Under the pieces are notes generated by a model that ran no database searches, was not told the origin of the DNA, and worked only from the letters and a program-made list of their open reading frames with translations. Shown one piece after another: positions 16,311 through 25,407 of a stretch of DNA of 64,000 nt (its first letter is position 1; each line of letters opens with the position of its first letter). Made by a program: the position numbers and the translations under genes. Origin of the DNA: an uncultured bacterium (lineage in GTDB: Bacteria > Krumholzibacteriota > Krumholzibacteriia > JACNKJ01); the NCBI GenBank assembly GCA_963695095.1, contig CAVOFT010000001.1, forward strand, positions 448,001 through 512,000. Direction: 5' to 3'.

Positions 16311-19175
16311 ATGGCCCGCCGCTCGAGCCGTCCCATCGGCTTCCAGTTTCCCGGCGATCCCCCCGCAGCGCCCGCCACGAGCCGGCGGCCGCTCGAGCTG
16401 CTTGCCGCGGCGCCCGCTTCGGGGCGGCACCTCGCGAAAGAAGGCGATGCCTGTCCCACCTGCGGACGCGAGCTGACACCTGCCGAGCGCCTCGGTCCCT
16501 GGCGACGCACGCACGCCTTCGCGGGCGAGGAGGCGCGGCCCGCGCCCATGGGTCCGCACGCGCCCATGCCCGAGGCCGACCACGCGAGCAGCCGTGCGCT
16601 GCGCCGCGCCGGGCAGCGGAGCGCCGCGGTGGCGTCCGCCCCCGCGGCGGCCCCCGAGCCGGCGCCGCGCCCGACCCGCCCCCGGGGGCGGGTGGCCGCG
16701 GAGTCGCCCCCGGGGGCGACTTCCCGGGCGGCCGGCCGCGCGGCGGCCGCAGCGCCCACCCTCGAACTCGACTCCTGGCAGGGAGCGTCTCACCCCGCCG
16801 GTGCCCGGGCGCGCTCACCCCGCCCGGCGCCGGCGGGGGACTTGGCGGCCATCGTTGCGGCGCTGGCCGCCGAGCCGGGGCGCGAGCGCTGCCTCGTCCA
16901 TACCGAGCGGCTGCCGGCGCGCGAGGCGCGCTTCGCCGACCCCGCGGCGCCACTGCCCGAGAGCCTGCGCGCCGCGCTCGCCGCCGACGGCATCGGCCGG
17001 CTCTGGCTGCACCAGGCCCGCGCCCTGGACGCCGCCCGCCGGGGCGACAACGTGGTGGTGGTCACCGGCACGGCCAGCGGCAAGACGCTCTGCTACAACC
17101 TGCCCGTCTTCGAGGCGCTGCTCGCCGACCCGCAGGCCACGGCGCTCTACCTGTTCCCGACCAAGGCCCTCGCGCAGGACCAGCTCAAGACCGCGCAACG
17201 ATTGGCCGAGAGCCTGCCCGAGTTGGGGCGTCTTCGCCTCGGTACCTACGACGGCGACACCAGCACGCACACGCGGCGGCGCCTGCGCGCCGAGGGGCGA
17301 CTGGTCCTTTCAAACCCCGACATGTTCCACGGTGGCATCCTGCCCGGCCACACGCGCTGGGCTCGCTTCTTCATGAACCTGCGCTTCGTCGTGCTCGACG
17401 AGATACACAGCTACCGGGGGATTTTTGGCTCCAACGTGGCGGCGCTGATGCGGCGGCTCAGGCGCATCTGCCGGCACTATGGATCGAACCCCATCTTCAT
17501 TGCCTCGAGCGCGACCATCGGCAATCCGCGCGAGCTGGCCGAAGAGCTGCTCGGCGCGCCGGCCACCCTGGTCGCCGAGGACGGCAGCCCGCGCGGGCCC
17601 AAGCAGTTCATCTTCTGGAATCCCCCGCTGCTCGAAGCGGCGGCGCCGGGCGGCGGCGAGCGGCGCAGCGCCAACGGCGAAGCGCGAGAGCTGCTCGTGC
17701 GCCTCGTCAAGCGCGGCCATCAGGTGATCTGCTTCAGCCGCACGCGGGTTTCGAGTGAACTCATCTACCGCTACTGCCGCGACGCCCTGCTGCGCGAGGC
17801 CCCGCACCTGGCCGCGCGCATCCGCGCCTACCGCGGCGGCTACCTGCCCGAGGAGCGCCGCGAGATCGAGCGGCAGCTCTTCAGCGGCGAGCTGATGGCC
17901 GTCTCGAGCACGAACGCGCTGGAGCTGGGCATCGACATCGGCAGTCTCGATGCGGCGATTCTGGTGGGCCTGCCGCCCACCGTGGCCAGCACCTGGCAAC
18001 AAGCGGGTCGTGCGGGGAGGGGGGAAAATGAGAGCTGCGCCATCCTGGTCGGCCACAACGACCCCATTGACCAGTACCTGATGCGCCACCCGGAGTTCTT
18101 CTTCCGGCAGAACCCGGAGCAGGCCGTGGCCGACCACGGCAACCCCTTCATCCTGCTGCCGCACCTGCGCTGCGCGGCCTACGAGCTGCCGCTGACCCCC
18201 GCGGACGAGGATCTCTTCGGCCCGCTGGCGCCGGGCGTGATCGAGATCCTCGAGCAGCGGGGCGAGCTGCGCCGCGCGGGCGAGCAGGTCTTCCACGCGG
18301 GGACGAGCTATCCGGCCGCCGAGGTGAACCTGCGCCAGAGCGTGCTCGACACGGTGAGCATCGTGCAGGTGCCCGGCGACAGGGTGATCGGCAACGTCGA
18401 CCTGCTCGGCGCCTGCCAGCTCGTCTACCCGGAAGCCATCTACCTGCACGACGGCGAGACGCACTTCGTGCGCGAGCTGGACCTGGACCAGAAGGTGGCC
18501 TACGTCGAGGCGCGGGCGGTGGACTACTACACGCAGCCCATCAGCGAGCAGCGCGTGAAGCTGGACGCGGGGCTGGACCGGGTGGCCCTCAGGCCCGCGG
18601 GCGCACAAGTGGACACGTGTACACTCGGCTTCGGCGACGTCACCGTGAGCAAGACCACCTTCGCCTTCAAGAAGATCAAGTTCGGCAGCATGGACTCGAT
18701 CGGCTGGGGCAAGCTGGACCTGCCCTGGCATCACCTGCGCACGCGGGCCTTCTGGATCGCGCCCACCGAGGACACGGTGCTCGCGCTCACGGCGCAGAAC
18801 CACAAGCTGGCCGAGGCGCTGGCCGGCCTCAAGAATCTGGTGCAGGCGGCGCTGCCCTTCTTCGCCATGTGCGATCGCGCGGACCTGGGCGGCGTGGTGG
18901 ACGCGAGCAACCTGGGCACGACGGCGCTCTTCGTCTACGATCGCTTTCACGGCGGCCTCGGTTACAGCCGCGTCGGCTTCGACGAACTCGAGCGCCTGCT
19001 CACCGCCTGCCTGGATATCCTCGCCGGCTGTCCCTGCGCCGACGGCTGCCCGGCCTGCGTGGGGCTGCCGGCAGTGACGCCTGGCCGCCACGAGGACCCG
19101 GACCTGAGCCCGGACTTCGCGATTCCCGGCAAGCAGGCCGCGCAGGCCCTGCTCGAGCTGCTGCTGGGGCGGTGA
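16311..19175 (+). CDS. DEAD/DEAH-box helicase with C-terminal DUF1998 (MrfA/YprA/SftH/Hrq-like)
   Basis: TGTASGKT, PTKALAQDQ, LDEIH, SAT, STNALELGIDIG, QQAGRAGR, C-terminal CPCADGCPAC. Confidence 0.92.
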   Translation: MARRSSRPIGFQFPGDPPAAPATSRRPLELLAAAPASGRHLAKEGDACPTCGRELTPAERLGPWRRTHAFAGEEARPAPMGPHAPMPEADHASSRALRRAGQRSAAVASAPAAAPEPAPRPTRPRGRVAAESPPGATSRAAGRAAAAAPTLELDSWQGASHPAGARARSPRPAPAGDLAAIVAALAAEPGRERCLVHTERLPAREARFADPAAPLPESLRAALAADGIGRLWLHQARALDAARRGDNVVVVTGTASGKTLCYNLPVFEALLADPQATALYLFPTKALAQDQLKTAQRLAESLPELGRLRLGTYDGDTSTHTRRRLRAEGRLVLSNPDMFHGGILPGHTRWARFFMNLRFVVLDEIHSYRGIFGSNVAALMRRLRRICRHYGSNPIFIASSATIGNPRELAEELLGAPATLVAEDGSPRGPKQFIFWNPPLLEAAAPGGGERRSANGEARELLVRLVKRGHQVICFSRTRVSSELIYRYCRDALLREAPHLAARIRAYRGGYLPEERREIERQLFSGELMAVSSTNALELGIDIGSLDAAILVGLPPTVASTWQQAGRAGRGENESCAILVGHNDPIDQYLMRHPEFFFRQNPEQAVADHGNPFILLPHLRCAAYELPLTPADEDLFGPLAPGVIEILEQRGELRRAGEQVFHAGTSYPAAEVNLRQSVLDTVSIVQVPGDRVIGNVDLLGACQLVYPEAIYLHDGETHFVRELDLDQKVAYVEARAVDYYTQPISEQRVKLDAGLDRVALRPAGAQVDTCTLGFGDVTVSKTTFAFKKIKFGSMDSIGWGKLDLPWHHLRTRAFWIAPTEDTVLALTAQNHKLAEALAGLKNLVQAALPFFAMCDRADLGGVVDASNLGTTALFVYDRFHGGLGYSRVGFDELERLLTACLDILAGCPCADGCPACVGLPAVTPGRHEDPDLSPDFAIPGKQAAQALLELLLGR

Positions 19176-19313
19176 TTGTACACGTGTACACTCGCGGGCA
19201 AGCAGAAGCCCGACGCGGCTGCGCGCCGGGCTCCTTGTTCCCTCTTGCGCAAGCGAGCTTGCCTCCTGGCCGCGCGCGTTGTTTCGCGCGCGGGAGGGGG
19301 CAAGTGAGCGCAT

Positions 19314-20792
19314 CTAGTCCAGAAGTACGAGCTTGCCCGACGCGCTCCCGCGCCCATCCCGCCACTGCAGGAAGTAGACGCCCGCCGCGGCTTGCTCGCC
19401 CTTGCCCGTGCGGCCGTCCCAGTGGGCGATAACTTCATTGCCCGCCACGCGCGCCTCGAGCAGGCGCACGGTACGGCCCTGGGCGTCGAAGACGAGCAGG
19501 TGGCCGCCCTCGGCGCCCGCTGCGCGGCTCGCGCGGATCGTGGCCTGCACGCCGCGGGCCAGCGGACTGGGGTAGACCTCCAGGCACTCGCCGCCCATGA
19601 GTTCGGCCTCGACCACATCCGTGGGCACGAAGCCGTGAGGGCCGGCGCCCATGGGCGTCATGCCGTGGCAGACCGTGCAGTCGCTGAGAATGCCCGCGTG
19701 GCCCTGCAGGGCGATGGCGTTCGCGTTGTCGCGCGGCTCGCGGCTCGGCCACTCCGCGTGCGTGCTGTTGTGGCAGGCCTCGCACATCACGCCGCCGTGG
19801 CCCGTGGCCTCGCGGTAGAGCACGCCCACCGGCTCGCCGTACTGGGCGGTGTGGCAGGACCGGCAGGCCGGCTCGTCCAGCCAGGGAATGCGGCCGCTCT
19901 CGATGGAGCTGCTCACCTGCTGCATGTTGCCGTGACAGTCCTGGCAGATCATGCCGTGGTCATTGGCCATGGTCCCGCGCAGGCAGTGCGTGTTCGGCCC
20001 CGGATGGCACTTCTCGCAGCCGGCCATCCCGGGCAGGGTCTGATCGACGAAGCTGTGCTTCTCGTGAATGCGCAGCGAGAACCAGTCGGCGACACCGGGG
20101 TCGGGGCCCGTCAGCGGCGTGGAACCGTGACACGAGGCGCAGAGGATCGGCGCGTCCGCCAGGGAGAAGCCGCCCTCCCCGGGCCCGGGATGCTCGTTGA
20201 GGATATTGCTCACCGAGCTGTGGCAGCCGCTGCTGACGCAGTTGACCTCGATGGAGACGGGGATCACCGGCTGGCTGCGGTGCAGCTCAACACCCTGCGG
20301 ATCGCGCAGGATCACCAGGGCCTGCTGATAGGCATCCTCGACGGCGGGGTTGGCGTCGGTGAAGGGCGTGACGGGAATGCCGTCGGCGATCCAGTAGGGG
20401 CTGCCGGCGGCGAACTCGCCGGTGAGTCCGTGGCCCGTCAGGCCGATGTTGTCCGGCAGGGTGACGCCGAAGAGGTGATTCGCATAGGTCCAGAAGTCGG
20501 TCTTGCCCACGGAGTAGGTGTTGCCCGGGATCGAGTACTCGAGACTGACACCGCCGGTCAGCAGCTCGGGCGGCGTGTTGTTGTTGCCGCGCCGGATGAC
20601 CTGGGCGAGCAGGTTGTTGTAGGGCGGTAGGATCGAGAGCTGGTTGTGATACTGGTTCATGCAGTGCATGCCCAGGTCGTTCCAGCTGAGGACGATGGTG
20701 TCGCCCAGGGGCTCCTGGGCGGCTGCCGGCCCGAGCAGGACCGCGGCGGCGAAGACTGCGAGCGGGGCGAGGAGCAGGTGGCGTCTGCGCAT
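19314..20792 (-). CDS. Secreted multiheme c-type cytochrome with C-terminal FlgD/T9SS-like sorting domain
   Basis: Signal peptide; 6 CxxCH plus 1 CX4CH; WNDLGMHC; tail VYPSP..FDAQGRTVR..WDG..AGVYF..KLVLL; GGAGG RBS. Confidence 0.85.
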   Translation of the reverse strand: MRRRHLLLAPLAVFAAAVLLGPAAAQEPLGDTIVLSWNDLGMHCMNQYHNQLSILPPYNNLLAQVIRRGNNNTPPELLTGGVSLEYSIPGNTYSVGKTDFWTYANHLFGVTLPDNIGLTGHGLTGEFAAGSPYWIADGIPVTPFTDANPAVEDAYQQALVILRDPQGVELHRSQPVIPVSIEVNCVSSGCHSSVSNILNEHPGPGEGGFSLADAPILCASCHGSTPLTGPDPGVADWFSLRIHEKHSFVDQTLPGMAGCEKCHPGPNTHCLRGTMANDHGMICQDCHGNMQQVSSSIESGRIPWLDEPACRSCHTAQYGEPVGVLYREATGHGGVMCEACHNSTHAEWPSREPRDNANAIALQGHAGILSDCTVCHGMTPMGAGPHGFVPTDVVEAELMGGECLEVYPSPLARGVQATIRASRAAGAEGGHLLVFDAQGRTVRLLEARVAGNEVIAHWDGRTGKGEQAAAGVYFLQWRDGRGSASGKLVLLD

Positions 20793-20876
20793 GGTGACCT
20801 CCCGAGGGGTGGCATGACCTTTCGATGACATGCGCAGTATGCGGAGGAAATCAGACTCACTTCAAAGCTTTTCATA

Positions 20877-20891
20877 TATCGGAATCCGATA
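20877..20891. promoter_or_regulatory. Palindromic operator candidate in the divergent intergenic region
   Basis: TATCGGA-A-TCCGATA perfect inverted repeat in AT-rich context. Confidence 0.45.
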
Positions 20892-20963
20892 ACCTCTTGG
20901 TCGTCTCTCTGATTCTCGTCGGGCAGCTCGCGTACTATGCTGCCCGGTGCCAGGAGGTGAGCC

Positions 20964-21599
20964 ATGCCCATCGTCACGCTGTCGCGGGAGTACGGGGCCG
21001 GCGGCCTTGCCATCGGCCGCCGCGTTGCCGAGCTGCTCGGCGCCGAGTTCCTGGACTCGGCCCTGATCGAGGAAGTGGCGCGCCGGCTCGGCCTGCCCGC
21101 CGAGGCAGTGAAGCGCTGGGACGAGCGGCGCGAGGGCGTCATCCTGCGCCTGCTGCGCGCGCTCGAGACCGCGCACCCGGAGTACGCCGTCGGCGGCGAA
21201 CTCACGCTCGAGGCCCGGCAGGAGTCGCCCAACCCCGAACGCATCAGCAGGCTCTTCCAGGAGGTCATCCTGGAGGCGGCTCGCTCGGAGAGCGCCGTCA
21301 TCGTGGGCCGGGGGGCGGCCCTGGTGCTCGCCGACTGGCCGGGCGCCCTCCACGTCCGGCTGGTGGCGCCGCGGACTGCCCGCCTCGCCCGCATCATGGC
21401 GCGCAGTGAACTGGCCCCGGCCGAGGCCGAGCGCCGCCTCGATGCCTACGACAAGGAACGCGCGGATTATCTCCACCACGAGTTCGGGGTGGACTGGAGC
21501 GACCCGCTGCACTTCGCCCTCGTGGTGAACACGGCGGTGCTCGGCGACGAGCGCAGCGCCCGCCTCATCGCGCAGGCGGCGACGGGTGGGCCGGCGTGA
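20964..21599 (+). CDS. Cytidylate kinase-like family protein
   Basis: VTLSREYGAGG, VIVGRGA, HVRLVAP, DKERADY. Confidence 0.85.
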   Translation: MPIVTLSREYGAGGLAIGRRVAELLGAEFLDSALIEEVARRLGLPAEAVKRWDERREGVILRLLRALETAHPEYAVGGELTLEARQESPNPERISRLFQEVILEAARSESAVIVGRGAALVLADWPGALHVRLVAPRTARLARIMARSELAPAEAERRLDAYDKERADYLHHEFGVDWSDPLHFALVVNTAVLGDERSARLIAQAATGGPA

Positions 21600-22882
21600 G
21601 CGCAGCGGATCCCAACGCGAGGCCGGCTGCCGACCCCCTGCCGCGCCGCGCCCCGCCCCGTCGCCTCGAGGAGGGCTTCGCCGCCTTCCGCGTGCGCAAC
21701 TTCCGCCTCTTCTGGTCCGGGCAGCTCGCCAGCCTCACCGGCACCTGGATGCAAACGGTCGCCCAGTCCTGGCTCGTCCTCGAGCTCACGGACTCGCCGC
21801 TGGCGGTGGGCCTCGTCTGGACCTTCCAGTTCACGCCGGTCACGGTGCTGGGCATGCTCGGCGGCGTCGTCGCCGACCGGCGCAACAAGCGCCGGCTGCT
21901 GCTGCTCACCCAGTCGGCGGCAGCCCTGCAGGCGCTGATCCTGGGCCTGCTCACCCTCAGCGGGCAGATCCAGTACTACCATGTGCTCGCGCTCGCCACC
22001 CTGCTCGGCTTCATCAATGCCTTCGACATCCCCACGCGGCAGTCCTTCGTGGTCGAGCTGGTGGGCCGCGACACCCTGATGAACGCGATCGCCCTCAACA
22101 GCTCGGCCTTCAACACCGCGCGCATCATCGGCCCGGCCATCGGCGGCGTCCTCATCGCGCGCTTCGGCGTGGGCACCGTCTTCCTGATCAACGCGGCCAG
22201 CTACCTGGCCGTGCTCGCGGGGCTCCTGCTCCTGCGCGAGGCGGAGTTCACCGCCCAGCCAGCGCGCGGGCACGAAGGCGTCTGGGCGAGCCTCAAGACG
22301 GGCCTGCGCTACGTGCGCGGCTCGGCGCCCGTGACCCTGGCCATCTTCCTCGTCGGCGCCGTGGCCACCTTCGGCATGAACTTCAGCGTGCTGCTGCCGG
22401 TGATGGCCCGCGACGTCTTCGCGATCGGCTCCCAGGGTTTCGGCGCCCTCATGGCCGCGCTCGGACTGGGCTCGGTCGGCGCCGGGCTCTTCCTCGCCTT
22501 CCGCAGCCGGGTCGACACCCTGCGCACCATGTTCGCCGGCGCCATCGGGCTGGCCGTCATGGACATCGCCTTCGCGCTCTCGCCGCGCGTCGGCTGGCTG
22601 CCGCTTTCCTTCGCGCTGCTATTCGGCGCCGGCTTCGCCGCCATCTCCCTGTCCGCGACCGCGAACACCGCCATCCAGCAGCGCGTCCCGGATGAGCTGC
22701 GCGGCCGGGTGATGAGCGTCTACATCACGGTCTTCGCGGGCTCGGTGCCCCTGGGCGGGCTCTTCGCCGGCGCGCTGGCCCGCTGGCTGGGAGCGCCCTT
22801 CGCTCTCGCCGCGGGCGGGGTCCTCTCGGGGCTGGCGGTGCTCTTTGCGCTTCTGCGCCTGCGCCCGGCCGCGCGGGCCTGA
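21596..22882 (+). CDS. MFS transporter (MFS_3/EntS-like)
   Basis: RNFRLFWSGQ, GTWMQ, GGVVADR, RIIGPAIGG, PDELRGRVMS; ~12 TM. Confidence 0.9.
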   Translation: MSAADPNARPAADPLPRRAPPRRLEEGFAAFRVRNFRLFWSGQLASLTGTWMQTVAQSWLVLELTDSPLAVGLVWTFQFTPVTVLGMLGGVVADRRNKRRLLLLTQSAAALQALILGLLTLSGQIQYYHVLALATLLGFINAFDIPTRQSFVVELVGRDTLMNAIALNSSAFNTARIIGPAIGGVLIARFGVGTVFLINAASYLAVLAGLLLLREAEFTAQPARGHEGVWASLKTGLRYVRGSAPVTLAIFLVGAVATFGMNFSVLLPVMARDVFAIGSQGFGALMAALGLGSVGAGLFLAFRSRVDTLRTMFAGAIGLAVMDIAFALSPRVGWLPLSFALLFGAGFAAISLSATANTAIQQRVPDELRGRVMSVYITVFAGSVPLGGLFAGALARWLGAPFALAAGGVLSGLAVLFALLRLRPAARA

Positions 22883-22905
22883 CCCGACCGGGGCGCCCCG
22901 CCGAC

Positions 22906-22934
22906 TTGTATCCTATACAAATGTAGAGTATTCT
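22906..22934 (+). promoter_or_regulatory. sigma70 promoter of the exonuclease with operator-like box in the spacer
   Basis: TTGTAT-17-TATTCT; box CTATACAAATGTAGAG at 22913-22928. Confidence 0.65.
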
Positions 22935-22965
22935 TCCCGGCACCCTTCACCGCCGGATCGGCTCC

Positions 22966-23964
22966 ATGACCCAGCGTGACGACGAGACCCTGCGCGAGGT
23001 GCTCGAGGCGCTCACCCGTCTGCGCCTGAGCCACGACCGCCTGCGGGCGGGCCGCGACGGCGAGGCGGAGCGCCGCCCTCTCGCTGCTCCCGCCGAGGCG
23101 GGGGCCGCAGCGGACGCCCTCGGCGTCGACTTCGGCGACCTGCCCTGGATCGACGAGGCCGGCGCCGAGCCCACGCTCGAGGCCCTGGTGGGGGCCGCCA
23201 TCGGCCGCCACGCCGACGCCCAGGGCAGCGTCGGCGAGTACCTGCGCCGCGAGATCGACGTCGAGACGCGCCTGCCCCACCTCGGCGGGCTCGGCGAGGC
23301 CCTGCGCGAGGCGCTGCCCGAGGCCGCGGGCCTGGCCGGCCTCGCGCAGGACGCCGACCTGCTCGCCGAGGCTCGCGCCGAGGACCTGCTCTTCCTCGAC
23401 CTGGAGACCACGGGCCTGCACCGGGGCATCATCGTCCTGCTCGGCTTCATGCGCCTGGGTCCGGGAGAGAAGCCGCTCACCTGCACGCAGCTCTTTCCCC
23501 GCGGCTACGCGGAGGAGGCGCCGCTGCTGGGCGAGTTCATCGCGCAGCTGCGCCAGCACCCGCTGCTCGTCACGTTCAATGGGCGCAGCTTCGATGCGCC
23601 CTTCCTCGAAAGCCGGCTGCGCTTCCACGGCTGGTTCGAGCCGCTCAGCTACGCCCACGTGGACCTGCTCCACCTCGCGCGCCGGCTCTGGCGCGGGCGC
23701 CTGCCCGACTATCGCCTGCAGACCCTGGAGCGCCGCCTCTGCGGTCGGCGGCGTCTGGCCGATCTGCCCGGCAGCGAAGTGCCGCGCGTCTGGGAGGATT
23801 TCGAGAAGAGCGGCGAACTGCGCCACCTGCCCGGCATCTGGGAGCACAACCTGCGGGACATCGCCACCTTGGCCGAAATCCTGGTGCGCGCCACGCGCGA
23901 GCAGCCGCTCGCGCTGGGCGAGGGTCTCGATGACGAGATCCCGCCCGACACGGCGGCACTCTGA
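22966..23964 (+). CDS. RNase H-like DEDDh exonuclease (YprB/MrfB-like)
   Basis: FLDLETTGL, VTFNGRSFD.PFL, HVDLL, HNLRDI. Confidence 0.85.
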   Translation: MTQRDDETLREVLEALTRLRLSHDRLRAGRDGEAERRPLAAPAEAGAAADALGVDFGDLPWIDEAGAEPTLEALVGAAIGRHADAQGSVGEYLRREIDVETRLPHLGGLGEALREALPEAAGLAGLAQDADLLAEARAEDLLFLDLETTGLHRGIIVLLGFMRLGPGEKPLTCTQLFPRGYAEEAPLLGEFIAQLRQHPLLVTFNGRSFDAPFLESRLRFHGWFEPLSYAHVDLLHLARRLWRGRLPDYRLQTLERRLCGRRRLADLPGSEVPRVWEDFEKSGELRHLPGIWEHNLRDIATLAEILVRATREQPLALGEGLDDEIPPDTAAL

Positions 23965-24044
23965 TGCGAAGGCGCTTGGCAAAGCCGCGCTGCTGGTGCA
24001 GTCTGGCCGAGAAGACAGTTTCGACCGCAGCGCGGAGGTGGACC

Positions 24045-25304
24045 GTGAAGCAGAGCCTTGCCCTCGTCGTTCTGATCGCCGGCCTGCTGGCGCCGCGTCC
24101 GGCGGCTGCGGTCGACGCGGGCGCCACCTACCGTTTTCTCGAGGAGCTCTACAATCACTTCGACAAGCCCCTGCAGCCCTACCTGATCAGCGAGCTGGAG
24201 CAGTACCTCGCCGTCTATCCCGCCAGCGAGCGGGCGGACCGGGCGCTCTACCTGCTCGGCCGCACCTATGACGCCGCGGGCGACGGCCACCAGGCGCTGG
24301 CCGTCTACGCCAAGCTGCTCTACTTCTACCCGGGCAGCGACGAGCGAGGCGCCGCCTTCGAGGCCCTGCGCTCGCTCCTGGGCAGCCTCAAAGCCTACCA
24401 GGAACAGCGCCCGCGGCTGGAACGCATGCTCGGCGAGGCCGGCCATGCCGGCAGCCGCGCGGACCGCCACTACGCCTATCTCGATTTCCTGAGCAAGCTG
24501 GCTGCGGCGCACCTGCACGATCGCCTGCTGGAGGAGTGCACGGAGTTCAAGCGCGCCTACCCGCTGGACGCCCGCCAGCCCCACCTCGACCTGTGGATCG
24601 CCGTCTCCTGGGCCAACAAGGGCGCCAGCCTCGAGTCCGCGCAGGCCTTTCGCAAGTTCGAGGCGCTCTACCCGAACGATCCCTCGCTCGCCTATGCGCG
24701 CTACACGCGAGCCGAGCTGCTGAGCCGCGAGCTGGGCGGCTACCAGCAGGCCATCACGCTCCTCAAGGCCCTGGCCGCCAGCTTCCCCGAGAGCAGATAT
24801 GCACCGCGCGCCCTCTTCCTGCTCGCCGAGACCCAGGCGCGCCTGAAGGACTATCGGCAGGCCGTGGCCGATTACCGGCGCGTCCTCGACGAGTACCCCA
24901 CCGACGAGCAGGGGCCGGCGGCGCTGCTCGCCGCGGCCGAGATCGAAGAGCGGCAGCTCAAGGACATCCCCGCGGCCGTGGCCACCTTGAAGGAACTGCC
25001 CATCCGCTACCCCGCGGCCGATGGCTGCGATGCCCTGGAGCGCGCCGGCGATCTGCAGGCGCAGCGGCTGGGGGACTACCGCGGCGCTGCGGCCACCTAC
25101 GCAAGCGCGGCGGAGTTCTACCCCCAGTCCGATTGCGCGGCCGAGCTGCTGCTCGAGGCGGGCAAGCTGCACGAGGACAAGACCGGCGATCTCGGCGCCG
25201 CCCTCGGCTACTACCGCCAGGCCCTGGAGAGATACCCCGGCCACCGCAAGGCGGGCGAGCTGTCGCGCCGCGCGCAGCGACTGCGCGAGCGCCTCGGCGG
25301 TTGA
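24045..25304 (+). CDS. Secreted TPR-repeat protein (BamD/CpoB-like repeats)
   Basis: Signal peptide; repeated YP.S..A..AL helical units; GGAGG RBS before GTG. Confidence 0.8.
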   Translation: MKQSLALVVLIAGLLAPRPAAAVDAGATYRFLEELYNHFDKPLQPYLISELEQYLAVYPASERADRALYLLGRTYDAAGDGHQALAVYAKLLYFYPGSDERGAAFEALRSLLGSLKAYQEQRPRLERMLGEAGHAGSRADRHYAYLDFLSKLAAAHLHDRLLEECTEFKRAYPLDARQPHLDLWIAVSWANKGASLESAQAFRKFEALYPNDPSLAYARYTRAELLSRELGGYQQAITLLKALAASFPESRYAPRALFLLAETQARLKDYRQAVADYRRVLDEYPTDEQGPAALLAAAEIEERQLKDIPAAVATLKELPIRYPAADGCDALERAGDLQAQRLGDYRGAAATYASAAEFYPQSDCAAELLLEAGKLHEDKTGDLGAALGYYRQALERYPGHRKAGELSRRAQRLRERLGG

Positions 25305-25407
25305 AGCGCCGCCCGCCTGTCCGCGCGCATCCGGCTTGGGCTTGAGGCTGCGCTCGGCCCTGTGCTTTACTGGCCAGCCAACCTTGCACCACTGAGGATT
25401 GCCAGCG

